DNA of 64,000 nucleotides from an uncultured delta proteobacterium (GCA_963845515.1 CAWJSR010000023.1:128001-192000), one strand, 5' to 3'. Positions 20,727-31,207 are shown, counted from the stretch's first letter. Numbers and translations: made by a program. Notes: generated from the sequence alone by a model not told the origin.

Positions 20727-21689
20727 TCAGCGGGCGCTGGCCGTCTTGGCGTACGGGTTGAACTCGTTGGTGTAGACGTCGGTCGCCTTCACGTCGCCCG
20801 CCTTGAGCTTCCCCTCGCGGACGAGCAGGTCGATCCACCACTGGACCTGCGCCGGGCCCGGGACGAGGCCGCGCGAGTAGTACTGCCAGCTGCCGGCGTA
20901 CTGCGGATCGAGCCCGCGGCGCCTGGCGAAGATCTGCCCGGCCTCGTCGTGGTGCTCGTTGGTCCAGTCCGACGCCCTGACCAGGACCTTGATGAACTTG
21001 CGGACGACGTCGGGGTGCTCCTTCGCGAAGTCCTCGTTGGTGAAGTAGGGGAGCATCCCGGAGAGGCCGGCATCCACGACGTAGTCGTTGAAGATCTCGC
21101 GGGCGGCGCCGGTCTTCACCACCTTCTCGTAGTACGGCGAGTGGAGCACGCCGACGTCGACGAGCCCCTGCTTGAGCGCCTGCTCCTGGTTCGCGTCCGG
21201 GATCACGACGAAGTTCACGTCCTTGTCGAGGCCGTTGCGGCGCAGGTGCTCCTTGAGCACGTACTCGGAGCACGCACCGAAGCTGTTGATGGCGACCTTC
21301 TTCCCCTTCAGGTCCTTCACCCCCTTCACGTCGCTGCCGGGGAGGACGAGGTACTTCATGTGCGGCCGATCGGGGGTGGTCTGTGCCCCGGCCGCGACGA
21401 TCTTCACCTTCGCGCCACCTGCACGAGCCGTCAGGACGAGCGGCGTGTGGCGGTTGGCGAAGTCGATGGTGCGGGCGGCCACCGCCACCACGAGCTGCGC
21501 GGCCGGGACCTCCCCCACCCACTCGATCTTGATCCCCTCCTCCGCGAACCAGCCCTTCTCGTCGGCCACGTAGACGGGGTCGAACCACTGGATGTTCGGG
21601 TAGCGGACCTTGAACGGCTCCGCCGCCTGCGCGGCCCCGACCGACAGCAGCGCCAGCAGCGCCGCGAGCAGCTTCTTCGTCGTCATCAC
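20727..21689 (-). CDS. SsuA/TauA/NMT1-type ABC substrate-binding protein
   Basis: Signal peptide, YVADEKGWFAEEGI, VKDLKGKKVA, ALKQGLVD. Confidence 0.85.
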   Translation of the reverse strand: MMTTKKLLAALLALLSVGAAQAAEPFKVRYPNIQWFDPVYVADEKGWFAEEGIKIEWVGEVPAAQLVVAVAARTIDFANRHTPLVLTARAGGAKVKIVAAGAQTTPDRPHMKYLVLPGSDVKGVKDLKGKKVAINSFGACSEYVLKEHLRRNGLDKDVNFVVIPDANQEQALKQGLVDVGVLHSPYYEKVVKTGAAREIFNDYVVDAGLSGMLPYFTNEDFAKEHPDVVRKFIKVLVRASDWTNEHHDEAGQIFARRRGLDPQYAGSWQYYSRGLVPGPAQVQWWIDLLVREGKLKAGDVKATDVYTNEFNPYAKTASAR

Positions 21690-21740
21690 GTCACCTCCAC
21701 GTCGTAGGCCGGCCCGCGAGGCGGACCGGAATGGGACTTC

Positions 21741-22496
21741 TCAGCTCGCCGCGGCGTCGCGCCACGACGTGGCCCGGCGTTCGGCGAAGAGCAGCAGGTT
21801 GTTGACGGCCAGGCCGAAGGCCGCGAGCGCCACGATGGCGGCGTACATGCGCGGGACGTCGAAGGTCTCCTGGGAGTTGAGGACCAGGAACCCGAGCCCT
21901 GCGTTCGCCCCGATCATCTCGGCGGCGACGAGCACCATGAAGGCGTAGGCGGCTCCCAGCCGCACGCCGGTGAAGATGGACGGCGCCGCCGCAGGGAGGA
22001 TCACCTTGGCGAAGAGCGTGACGCCGCCGGCGCTCATCGAGCGGGCGCAGCGCAGGAGCACGGGGTCGATCGCCTTGACGCCGGCGACCGTGTTCAGGAG
22101 GACGGGCCAGACCGAGGCCCAGAAGATGATGACCACCTTCGAGACCTCGCCGATCCCGAAGAAGAGGATGAAGACGGGGAAGAGCGCGATGGCCGACACC
22201 TGGCGGCCGGCCTGGAGCGGACCGTCGACGCTCTTCTCGAGGGTGCGGTACCAGCCCATGAGGAGCCCCAGCGGCACGCCTGCGACGATGGCCACGCCGA
22301 GGCCGCCGGCGATCCGCTGGAGGCTAACGAGGGCGTGCCGGGCGAGCTCGCCTGAGGTGGCGAGCGCGAGGAGCGTCTCGGCGACGCGCGTCGGTGGCGA
22401 GAGGAAGATCGGGTTGGCGATGCCGGTGCGCGGGAGGAGCTCCCAGACGAGCACGAGGGCAGCGCCGACGGCGAACCGGGTGAACAGCGCGCGCAT
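21741..22496 (-). CDS. SsuC/TauC-type ABC permease
   Basis: LPAAAPSIFTGVRL, LVAAEMIGANAGLG. Confidence 0.88.
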   Translation of the reverse strand: MRALFTRFAVGAALVLVWELLPRTGIANPIFLSPPTRVAETLLALATSGELARHALVSLQRIAGGLGVAIVAGVPLGLLMGWYRTLEKSVDGPLQAGRQVSAIALFPVFILFFGIGEVSKVVIIFWASVWPVLLNTVAGVKAIDPVLLRCARSMSAGGVTLFAKVILPAAAPSIFTGVRLGAAYAFMVLVAAEMIGANAGLGFLVLNSQETFDVPRMYAAIVALAAFGLAVNNLLLFAERRATSWRDAAAS

Positions 22497-23413
22497 CAGG
22501 CCACCCCGCCCGTGAGGAGGCGGCGAACCGAGCCGATGAACCCGGCGCGGCGCTCCAACTCCGGGGCCCGCTCACGGCGCAGCGCCTGGTCCCGGGCCGC
22601 GTTGACCTCCGCGGTGAGCAGCTCCCACGCGGCGTGGCGGAGCGCGGCGAACTCGGGGGTCGAGCGGAGGTCACGCTCGGTCCGCGACGGCAGGTCGACC
22701 TCCAGGATCCTCTTGATCCGGCCCGGCCTGGCCGTCATCACCGCGACGCGCTGCGCGAGGAAGATCGCCTCGTCGATGCTGTGCGTGACGAAGACGATGG
22801 TCTTGCCGGTCTTCTCCCAGATCCGGAGCAGCTCCGCCTGGAGCAGCTCGCGGGTCTGCGCGTCGAGCGCGGCGAAGGGCTCGTCCATGAGCAGCACGTC
22901 CGGGTCGAAGGCGAGCGCGCGGGCGATGGCCACGCGCTGCTTCATCCCGCCGGAGAGCTGGGCGGGATACCGGTCCTCGAAGCCCGCGAGCCCCACCAGG
23001 TCGAGGTTGGCTCGCGCGATGCGCGCGCGCTCGGCGGACGGGAGCCGCTTGATCTCCAGGCCGAAGGAGACGTTCTCTAGCACCGTCCGCCACGGGAAGA
23101 GGGCGTAGTCCTGGAAGACGACCCCGCGGTCGAGCCCAGGTCCGCTCACCGCCTTCCCGTTGACGCGGATCGTCCCCTCCGCGGAGGCGAGCCCGTCCAT
23201 GGCGTGGAGGAGCGTCGACTTCCCGCAGCCGCTCGGGCCGAGGATGGCGAAGAACTCTCCGCGCCGGATCGCGAGGTCGATCCCGTCGAGCGCGAGGAGC
23301 GCGCCGGCGGAGCCGCGTGGGCCGTAGCTCTTCGAGAGCTGCTCGATGCGGATGGCGGGTTCCATTGGGATCGGCTCGGTCAGGGTGGGCACGCCGTCCG
23401 CTGCGACGGTCAC
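22496..23413 (-). CDS. SsuB/TauB-type ABC ATPase
   Basis: GPSGCGKST, LSGGMKQR, LLMDEPF, VTHSIDEA. Confidence 0.9.
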   Translation of the reverse strand: MTVAADGVPTLTEPIPMEPAIRIEQLSKSYGPRGSAGALLALDGIDLAIRRGEFFAILGPSGCGKSTLLHAMDGLASAEGTIRVNGKAVSGPGLDRGVVFQDYALFPWRTVLENVSFGLEIKRLPSAERARIARANLDLVGLAGFEDRYPAQLSGGMKQRVAIARALAFDPDVLLMDEPFAALDAQTRELLQAELLRIWEKTGKTIVFVTHSIDEAIFLAQRVAVMTARPGRIKRILEVDLPSRTERDLRSTPEFAALRHAAWELLTAEVNAARDQALRRERAPELERRAGFIGSVRRLLTGGVA

Positions 23414-23425
23414 GACAGATGACTA

Positions 23426-23439
23426 TCCGTTATCACGGA
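23426..23439. promoter_or_regulatory. Palindromic operator (TCCGTTATAACGGA family) upstream of the sulfonate-type ABC operon
   Basis: TCCGTTATCACGGA, 12 nt upstream of the ATPase start. Confidence 0.7.
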
Positions 23440-23483
23440 CATGCGCCACGGATCCAGCCCTTTGTCGATCACGGCCTTCCGTG

Positions 23484-24428
23484 TCAGCGCACGGCGTACT
23501 GGAGCCCGACCGTCCAGGAGGGGTCGACGCGCTGGTCGCCACCGAGCCGGGTGGCGACTGGCAGCTGCCCCCGCGCGCGGACCGCGAAGCCCCTCCCGAG
23601 GCCGACCGAGACGCTGGGGGCGGCGTAGAGGACCAGGCCACCCGAGCTCCGGATCGACTCGCCCACCTCGACGTCGCGGCCAGCCGCCCTGGCGTCGAGC
23701 CCGAGCCCCACCGTCACGCGCTCGATCGCCAGGTACTGGAGCTCGCCGCCGAGGTAGAGGGCGCTGCCGTAGCGGTAGCCGTTGCCGCTGCGGGTCCGAA
23801 GGCGACCGGCGCCGCTCAGCACCACGTCCCACGCCTCCTGGCGCCACCGGTAGGTGAGGCCGAGGTAGGGCCCCCACGCACCCGAGCCGATCTGAAGCAT
23901 CTGGTCGAGCCGTTGCCCGCCACGGGCAGCGTCGTCATCCCCGGTCGGGAGGCTGGTCCCCGCTGACAGCGCCAGCACCTGGGCCCGCACCACGATGTCG
24001 TCGACGCTGCGCGGGATGAAGCGCACCCTCCTCCAGAGCGCATACCTGACCCCGACGTCGACGTCGCCGAGCCCCGCCTGCGCGCCCGCCTCGGCGGCCA
24101 TGCCGGCGTCGATCGCGCGCCACTCGCGGCGCGCCAACGGCGCCACCAGCACGACGTTCAGCAGCTCAACCGGGCTGTAGACGGCGACCAGCCGCAGCGC
24201 CGTCTGCTCGACCTCGTGCCGGAGCCCCGGCATCGCGTCCATGGCGGCGCTGGACGAGCTCGCCTCTCCATCGAGCGAGAGCCGCAGCGCGCCGTTGCGG
24301 GCCGCCACGTCGCTCACGGCGACGAGCGGATCCTCGAAGACGCAGCAGTTGGCGCGAGCCGGGCCGGCTCCCAGGAGCAGGGAGCAGCAGGCGGCGGCCA
24401 GGAGCGGCGTGCGGGCGTGGGCAATCAT
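23484..24428 (-). CDS. Putative outer-membrane beta-barrel transporter (MetA-pathway/phenol-degradation-like) with an N-terminal CC motif
   Basis: Signal peptide ending ARA-NCC, GLGDVDVGVRY, SLPTGD, QIGSGAW, terminal beta strand VGLQY. Confidence 0.65.
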   Translation of the reverse strand: MIAHARTPLLAAACCSLLLGAGPARANCCVFEDPLVAVSDVAARNGALRLSLDGEASSSSAAMDAMPGLRHEVEQTALRLVAVYSPVELLNVVLVAPLARREWRAIDAGMAAEAGAQAGLGDVDVGVRYALWRRVRFIPRSVDDIVVRAQVLALSAGTSLPTGDDDAARGGQRLDQMLQIGSGAWGPYLGLTYRWRQEAWDVVLSGAGRLRTRSGNGYRYGSALYLGGELQYLAIERVTVGLGLDARAAGRDVEVGESIRSSGGLVLYAAPSVSVGLGRGFAVRARGQLPVATRLGGDQRVDPSWTVGLQYAVR

Positions 24429-24439
24429 GCGATCGTCCG

Positions 24440-25750
24440 TCAGGAGAGCGGCGCCTGGGCGGTCCCCTCGAGCGCCCGGTCGAGGTCCGCGATGAGGTCG
24501 TCGGCGCTCTCGAGCCCGACGGAGAGCCTGATCACGTCGGGGCCTGCACCGGCGGCGAGCCGCTGCTCGTCGGTGAGCTGCCGGTGAGTGGTGGAGGCGG
24601 GGTGGATGACCAGCGATCGGGTGTCCCCGACGTTGGCGAGGTGGGAGAAGAGCTCGACCGACTCCACCAGCCGGACCCCCGCCGCGTAGCCGCCCTTCAC
24701 GCCGAACGTGAAGACGGAGCCTGCGCCACGCGGGAGGTACTTCTCCGCGAGCCTGCGGTACGGGCTGGAGGGGAGGCCGGCGTACGAGACCCACTCCACC
24801 CGCGGATGACCCTCCAGGAAGCGGGCTACCGCGAGCGCGTTGGCGACGTGGCGCTCCATCCGGAGCGGGAGCGTCTCGATGCCGGTGATCGTGTAGAAGG
24901 CGTTGGTGGGGGAGAGGGCTGGGCCGAAGTCGCGCAGCGCGACGGCGCGCGCCTTCATGGTGAAGCCGAAGTCGCCGAAGGTCTCGTAGAAGTTGAGGCC
25001 GTGGTACGCCGGCTCTGGCCGCGTGAGCGACGGGAACTTGCCGCTCTTCGCCCAGTCGAAGGTGCCCGACTCCACGAGGGCGCCGCCCATCGAGGTGCCG
25101 TGACCTGAGAGGAACTTGGTGGTCGAGTGGACGACGAGGTCCGCGCCCCACTCGAACGGCCTGCAGAGGAAGGGAGACGCCAGGGTGTTGTCGACGACGA
25201 GCGGGATCCCGGCCTCGTGCGCGACTTCGGCGACCGCCTCTAGGTCGACCACCACTCCGCCGGGGTTGGCGAGGCTCTCGACGAAGATGGCCTTGGTGCG
25301 GGGGCCGATGGCACGCCGGACCTCGTCGAGGTCGGCCGGGTCGACGAAGGTGGCGTGCCATCCCAGCCGGGGGAAGCTGTGCGCGAACTGGGTGATCGAG
25401 CCGCCGTACAGGTAGCGCGACGCGATGAAGTCGTCACCGGGCTCGAGCAGCGTGAAGAAGGCCAGGAACTGGGCCGCGTGGCCCGAGGCGGCGCAGACCG
25501 CCGCGCGGCCCCCCTCCAGGCTCGCGACCCGCTCCTCCAGCGCTGACACCGTCGGGTTGGTCAGGCGCGAGTAGATGAAGCCGAAGGTGGAGAGGTTGAA
25601 GAGGGAGGCGGCCTGGTCCGCGTCCTCGAAGACGTAGGCGGTCGTCTGGTGGATGGGGACGTTGCGCGATCCCGTCACCGCGTCCGGCCTCGCGCCGGCG
25701 TGGATGGCGCGCGTCTCGAAGCCGAAGGACTCCTTGCGCGGGGCTTTCAT
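24440..25750 (-). CDS. metY: O-acetylhomoserine sulfhydrylase
   Basis: PIHQTTAYVF, YSRLTNPT, VHSTTKFLSGHG (PLP Lys), HLANVGDTRSLVIHPASTTHRQL. Confidence 0.92.
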   Translation of the reverse strand: MKAPRKESFGFETRAIHAGARPDAVTGSRNVPIHQTTAYVFEDADQAASLFNLSTFGFIYSRLTNPTVSALEERVASLEGGRAAVCAASGHAAQFLAFFTLLEPGDDFIASRYLYGGSITQFAHSFPRLGWHATFVDPADLDEVRRAIGPRTKAIFVESLANPGGVVVDLEAVAEVAHEAGIPLVVDNTLASPFLCRPFEWGADLVVHSTTKFLSGHGTSMGGALVESGTFDWAKSGKFPSLTRPEPAYHGLNFYETFGDFGFTMKARAVALRDFGPALSPTNAFYTITGIETLPLRMERHVANALAVARFLEGHPRVEWVSYAGLPSSPYRRLAEKYLPRGAGSVFTFGVKGGYAAGVRLVESVELFSHLANVGDTRSLVIHPASTTHRQLTDEQRLAAGAGPDVIRLSVGLESADDLIADLDRALEGTAQAPLS

Positions 25751-26235
25751 CGGGCCACCCGGAGCCGCTTCGAGCTGATGACGCCGGTGTTGACCCCGCA
25801 CCAGCCCAGCTCACCGAAGAGCCGTCCGTACTCGATCTTCGGGCAGCGATTCATCACGACCCTGAGGCCGGCCGCCTCGGCCCGGGCCGCCGCCGCATCG
25901 TTTCGGACCCCGAGCTGCATCCAGACCACCTTCGCGCCGATGGCGATCGCCTCGTCGGTGATCGGCCCGGCCGCCTCGGCGTTCCGGAAGATGTCGACGA
26001 GGTCGACGGGGTCCGGGATCTCCCCGAGCCCTGCGTAGGCGCGCTCGCCCAGGATCGTGTCCCCCGCGTTGGCCGGGTTGACCGGGATGACCCGGAAGCC
26101 CTTCTGCTGGAGGTACTTCATCGCGAAGTGGCTGGGGCGGTTCCACTTCGGGCTGGCCCCGACCATGGCGATGGTCCGGGACTCGCGGAGGACGCGCCGC
26201 AGGTGGGCGTCGGAGTACTGGAGGTCGTCGGTCAC
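25747..26235 (-). CDS. CoA-binding protein (YccU-like)
   Basis: TIAMVGAS, VIPVNP, VDLVDIFR, VWMQLG, VVMNRCPKIE. Confidence 0.88.
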   Translation of the reverse strand: MTDDLQYSDAHLRRVLRESRTIAMVGASPKWNRPSHFAMKYLQQKGFRVIPVNPANAGDTILGERAYAGLGEIPDPVDLVDIFRNAEAAGPITDEAIAIGAKVVWMQLGVRNDAAAARAEAAGLRVVMNRCPKIEYGRLFGELGWCGVNTGVISSKRLRVAR

Positions 26236-26239
26236 GAAA

Positions 26240-26322
26240 GCCGCTATAGCAGACGCGTCTCCGTGCCGCCAGCCGTGGAGGAGGGCGCGCTTGCGTAGCG
26301 GCGCGGCCTCCGCTATAACGGA
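26240..26322. promoter_or_regulatory. Divergent promoter region with two palindromic operators; sigma70-type cysK promoter
   Basis: GCCGCTATAGCAGA (26240-53) and TCCGCTATAACGGA (26309-22); TTGCGT-17nt-TATAAC at 26291-26319. Confidence 0.7.
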
Positions 26323-26349
26323 CAAACCCTACGAACCCCGAGGTCATCA

Positions 26350-27319
26350 ATGGGCCGCATCTTCGAAGACAACAGCCGCAGCATCGGCAACTCGCCGCTC
26401 GTCCGGCTCAACGCGATCAGCAAGGGCTTGAACGCGACGATCGTCGCCAAGATCGAGGGGCGCAACCCTGCCTACTCGGTGAAGGATCGGATCGGCGCGG
26501 CCCTCATCGACGCGGCCGAGAAGGCCGGGCACCTGACGCCCGGGTCGAAGGAGCGGACCATCGTCGAGCCTACCAGCGGTAACACGGGCATCGCCCTCGC
26601 GTTCGTCGCCGCCGCGCGCGGCTACCCGCTCGTGCTGACCATGCCGGAGACGATGTCGCTCGAGCGGCGCCGCATGCTGAAGGCCTACGGCGCGGAGCTG
26701 GTCCTCACCGAGGGGGCGAAGGGAATGCCCGGCGCCATCGCCAAGGCCGAGGAGATCGCGGCCAGCGACCCGAAGAAGTACTACCTGCCGCAGCAGTTCA
26801 AGAACCCGGCGAACCCCGAGATCCACTTCCAGACCACGGGCCCCGAGATCTGGAACGACACCGACGGCAAGATCGACATCCTGGTCTCCGGCGTCGGCAC
26901 CGGCGGCACCATCACCGGCGTCTCCCGCTACATCAAGCAGGAGAAGAAGAAGGCGATCCGGTCGGTGGCGGTCGAGCCGATCCACTCGCCGGTCCTGACC
27001 GCAGATCAGGGCTGGCGAGCCGGTCAAGCCCGGACCGCACAAGATCCAGGGGATCGGCGCCGGATTCAAGCCGGACACGCTCGATCTCACGCTGGTGGAC
27101 GACGTCGTGACCGTCTCTAACGACGAGGCGGTCGAGCACGCGCGGCGGCTCCACAGGGAGGAGGGGATCACGAGCGGCATCTCCGGCGGCGCGGCGGTAG
27201 CGGCCGCCGTCAAGGTGGCGCAACAGCCGGCCTCCAAGGGGAAGCTCATCGTGGTCGTCCTGCCGGACGCCGGCGAGCGCTATCTCTCGAGCATCCTCTT
27301 CGAGGGAATCCCGGCGTAG
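26350..27319 (+). CDS. cysK: Cysteine synthase A (one apparent +1 indel near 27001)
   Basis: [26 protein letters not shown]; continues in another frame as [12 protein letters not shown]...GISGGA...[10 protein letters not shown]. Confidence 0.92.
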
Positions 27320-27328
27320 GGAACCGCG

Positions 27329-28492
27329 TCAGCCCTGGTCCAGCGCCTCGGCGACCCGGTCCACCTCGCCGAGCGCGTTGGGCCAGTGCGGGGCGAACCG
27401 CACCGCGCCGTCCGGGGTCGCGACGGCCACGCCTCGCTCGGCGAGCCGCTCGCGGAGCTCGCGGGCGCGCTGGCCCTCTGGTGGAAGGACCGACAGGATC
27501 CCGGAGCGACGGCGCGCGTCCGGCGCGCGCAGGCTCTCGTAGCCGCGGGCGAGGAGGATGGGCTCGAGCCGGTCGAGGTACGCCGTGACGTGCTCGCGGA
27601 TCGCCGCGACGCCGAGCTTCAGGATCAGCTCCAGCGAGGCGTGGAGCGCGGCCTGGCTCAGCGCCGAAGACGAGCTGCCCTCGAGGCGCTCCGCGCTGCC
27701 GCGGAGCGGCCGGTCGTAGCGGAGGAGCCCCGGACCGTCGAGGAGGAACGAGGCGGCCTCCTCGTGCGAGAGCCAGCCGGTCGTGACCGGGTGGAGTGAG
27801 TCGAGCCTCCCCGGCTGGATCCAGAGAAACCCAGCTCCCTCCAGGCCCATGAGCCACTTGTGAGCGCCGCCGGCAAGGTAGTCGATGCCGAGCGCGGGCG
27901 CGTCGAGCGGGACGATGCCGCATGCCTGGACGGCGTCGACGCAGAGCTCGGCGCCGTGGGCGTGGCAGAGGGACGCCAGCTCGGCGAGCGGCATCGCCAG
28001 CCCGCTGCGATACTGGACCGCCGAGACCGCCACCAGCCGCACGCCGCGCCGCAGCTCCGTCTCCACCCGCGCCAGGCCGTCGGAGCCGTCCCCGTCGGAG
28101 AAAGGCGAGAGTGGCAGCCAGCACGGCTCCAGCCCGAAGCGCGCGGCCGCACGCAGCCACGGGGCGACGTTGGCCGGAAACTCGCCCTCGAAGAGGAGCA
28201 CGCGATCGCCTGTGCGCCACGGGAAGGAGAGCGCGACGGCCTGGAGCCCCGCGGAGGTCCCCGCCGTGAGCGCGACGTCTCGCGCCGCGGCGCCTATCAG
28301 CCTGCCGATGAGCTCGCGAAGCCGTGTGCGGAGCCGCACGGCGTCGCCCACCGCCACGGCGCCCTGGCGTGCGTAGGCATCCACCATCGCCGCGACCGCG
28401 CGCCGGACCGGGACCGACGGCGGCGAGATGCCGGCGTGGTTCAGGTACGCGTGAGGCGCGAGGTCGGGGAACTGGCTGCGGTCACCGAGCAC
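27329..28492 (-). CDS. Class V aminotransferase / cysteine desulfurase-like PLP enzyme
   Basis: YLNHAGISP, EFPAN, VDAVQ, GGAHKWLMG. Confidence 0.85.
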   Translation of the reverse strand: MLGDRSQFPDLAPHAYLNHAGISPPSVPVRRAVAAMVDAYARQGAVAVGDAVRLRTRLRELIGRLIGAAARDVALTAGTSAGLQAVALSFPWRTGDRVLLFEGEFPANVAPWLRAAARFGLEPCWLPLSPFSDGDGSDGLARVETELRRGVRLVAVSAVQYRSGLAMPLAELASLCHAHGAELCVDAVQACGIVPLDAPALGIDYLAGGAHKWLMGLEGAGFLWIQPGRLDSLHPVTTGWLSHEEAASFLLDGPGLLRYDRPLRGSAERLEGSSSSALSQAALHASLELILKLGVAAIREHVTAYLDRLEPILLARGYESLRAPDARRRSGILSVLPPEGQRARELRERLAERGVAVATPDGAVRFAPHWPNALGEVDRVAEALDQG

Positions 28493-28624
28493 GTCTGCTT
28501 TTGCGACTACCTGGAGAGGAAGTCAACGCGGAGGCCCGCATCCAGCGCGTTCGGCATCGCGCCGCCACCTCACGAACGTGACGTCCGTCGCGACGGAGCA
28601 CCGTCCGCCGAAGCAGTCCACCGC

Positions 28625-28987
28625 CTACGGAACCACCTTGATGGCCCCGGTCATTCCGGCCGCGTGGTGGACGTCGCACTGGTACTCGTACGTCCCCGCG
28701 GTGTCGATGCTGAACGTGAGCGTCGTCCCGGAGGTGGTCTGCGGGATGGCACCCGCGGCGCCGCTCGTCTGGGAGAGCGGGTGCGCGCTGAAGTCGCCGT
28801 TGAACGTTATGGGCTGGCTGACCAGCACGATGGCGCACGCTGGGACGTAGGCGGTGCCGCCGAAGGTGATCACCGCAGTCGTGGAGGTGAGGTCGGTGAA
28901 GGCCCCGCAGTCGGGGGCGGAGGTCGAGGATGAGCCGCCGCAGGCAGCTAGTGCAAGGAGTGCCGTCATCAGGGTGGCGCGCGCCAT
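28625..28987 (-). CDS. Plastocyanin-like type-1 copper lipoprotein
   Basis: Lipobox LAAC, HPL, GTYEYQCDVHHAAGMTGAIKV (H/C/H/M ligand set). Confidence 0.85.
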   Translation of the reverse strand: MARATLMTALLALAACGGSSSTSAPDCGAFTDLTSTTAVITFGGTAYVPACAIVLVSQPITFNGDFSAHPLSQTSGAAGAIPQTTSGTTLTFSIDTAGTYEYQCDVHHAAGMTGAIKVVP

Positions 28988-29151
28988 GGGATTGCCTTCG
29001 CGCGCGAGATACCGGGCCTGCCGTGCCTCGGCAGCGCCCAGGGGGGCTGGCCCCGGAAGGATGGCCACTTACCGCCTGCGCCTTCCGGACCCCCCCCGTT
29101 CGGTCGGTGAATGTCCCTTCCACCGTTCGAGGGTGACGACATGGCGGTGCG

Positions 29152-29213
29152 TCCGTTGGCACGGAATATCCTCCGTCCTCTGGTTGACAAGAAACGTGTC
29201 CGTTATCTAGGAT
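29152..29213 (+). promoter_or_regulatory. Sulfite reductase promoter with two palindromic operators
   Basis: TCCGTTGGCACGGA (29152-65); TTGACA (29184-89), 18 nt, TAGGAT overlapped by TCCGTTATCTAGGA (29199-212). Confidence 0.7.
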
Positions 29214-29287
29214 GCGCCCTCGAACCCCAGCGGCACGCGTCCGGGATCTCCCGGCTCCGCGCACCCGCCCGGACGGAAACGGACCTC

Positions 29288-31124
29288 ATGGCGGACACCC
29301 GGCAGCCCTCCCAGCACCCCCCGCGAACGCGCCTCCTTCGCGGACGGCAGGGAGATCGACGACTTCGTCGCCGCGCTCGGCCGGTACGAGCGCGGTGAGC
29401 TGGACGCCGAGGCGTGGCGCAGCTACCGGGTCGCCCGCGGCGCGTACAGCCAGCGCCAGGAGGGGGTCCACATGCTCCGCGTCAAGATCCCGCAGGGGAT
29501 CGCGACGGCCGAGCAGCTCCGCGTCCTCGCGTCGGTCGTCGAGGAGCACGCCTGTGGCTACGCGCACCTGACGACGCGGCAGAACCTCCAAGCCTACTAC
29601 CTGCGCCCCGCCGACCTGGAGCCGGCGCTCCGGAAGCTCGCCGCTGCCGGGATCACCACCTCCGGCGCGGGCGGCAACGCCGTGCGCAACGTGGTCGCCT
29701 GCCCGCTGGCCGGCGTCTCGCCCACCGAGCCGTTCGACGTGACGCCCTACGCCGAGGCGCTCAGCCGCCACTTCCTGCGCCACCCGCTGGCCTCGACGCT
29801 CCCGCGCAAGTTCAAGATCGCGCTGGAGGGCTGCGCGGAGGATCACGTGGCCACGGCGATCCAGGATCTCGGCCTCCGGGCGATCGTCCGGAAGGGGGCG
29901 GCGGGAGACGAGCGCGGCTTCGCGGTGACGATCGCGGGCGGCACGTCCTCCCTCCCCACGAACGGCGCGAAGCTCTTCGAGTTCCTCCCCGCCGGCGACC
30001 TGCTCGCGCTCGCGGAGGCGCTGGTGCGGCTCTTCCACGCGAAGGGGGACCGCGTGAACCGGAGCCGGAACCGGCTCAAGTTCCTCGTCAAGGAGCTGGG
30101 GTTCGAGCAGTTCCGTGCGCTCGTGGACGAGGAGCTGGCGAAGCTCCGCGCCGCCGGCGTGCCGCCGCTCCCGTTCCCTCCGGATGCGCCCCCGGTCGAG
30201 GGGCCGCCTGCGTTCACCCGGCCGCCCCCGCCGTCGCCGGGGGAGATCGCCATCCGCCTGCGCGCCCAGCCACCGCGCGGCCTCCCGGTGCCGCCCCCGT
30301 GGCTCGCGCCGCCGGATCGTGCAGCGATCACCGCCTTCTTGAAGACCAACGTCCAGCGGCAGCGGCAGGAGGGGTTCGCCGTCGTGACGATCGCGGCTCC
30401 GCGCGGCGAGATCGCCGGCGCCCAACTCTCGCTGCTCGCCGATCTCGCGCTCGCCTACGGCGACGGGACGGCCCGGTTCTCGGGCGGCGGCCAGATCCTG
30501 CTCCGTTGGGTGGCGGGCTCCGACGTCGAAGCGCTCACCGAACGGCTGGCTGCAGCGGGACTCCTTCGCGACGGGGCGGGCAGCGCCGCCAACGTCGTCG
30601 CGTGCCCCGGCGCCGACGTCTGCCGGCTCGCCGTCACGCGGACCCGCAACGTCGCCGCGCTCATCGACGAGCAGGTTCGGGTCAACCTGGGCGCCGTCGC
30701 CGTCGAGACGCGCCTGCCCGTCCATCTCTCGGGCTGCCCGAACGGCTGCTCGCTCCACCACCTCGCTGCCATCGGGCTCCAGGGGAGCGCGCGCAGGGTG
30801 GGGGAGCGGATCGTCCCGCAGTTCTTCGTCCTCGTCGGCGGGGGGACGGGCGCCGAGGGGGCGCGGTTCACGCAGCTCGCCGGAAAGGTCCCGGCGCGGC
30901 GTGCCCCAGACGCGGTCAGGGCCTTGGTCGCGCTCTACCTCGCGGAGCGGAGCGAGGGTGAGGGGGCAAACGACTTCTTTCGGCGGGCGCTCGACAGGGC
31001 GAAGTTCGTCCTCGCCCCATTCGAGGCGGCGCGGGTCGAGGAGCTGACGGCCGAGGACTTCCTCGAGCCGGGCGGCGGGGGCAGCTTCTCTCCCGACGTT
31101 CAGGCGAGCGAGTGCGCAGCATGA
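29288..31124 (+). CDS. sir: Assimilatory siroheme sulfite reductase (Sir/NirA type); apparent indel near 29320
   Basis: MLRVKIPQG, HLTTRQN, RN-VVACP, LPRKFKI, CPGADVC and SGCPNGC ligand motifs. The ATG at 29288 is one base out of frame across a C run. Confidence 0.88.
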
Positions 31125-31207
31125 AGGCGAGCCCGGAGGTGACGGCGCGAATGTGAAGCGCGCCTGCAGTGCTCGCGCGGCGGTAGGTCCGTCATGCGAG
31201 GCAGGGC

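Noticed and set aside
31188..31201. Further operator copies at 31188 (TCCGTCATGCGAGG), 36807 and 52539
   Set aside because: These are half-site or weak matches, too degenerate to count without a PWM score.
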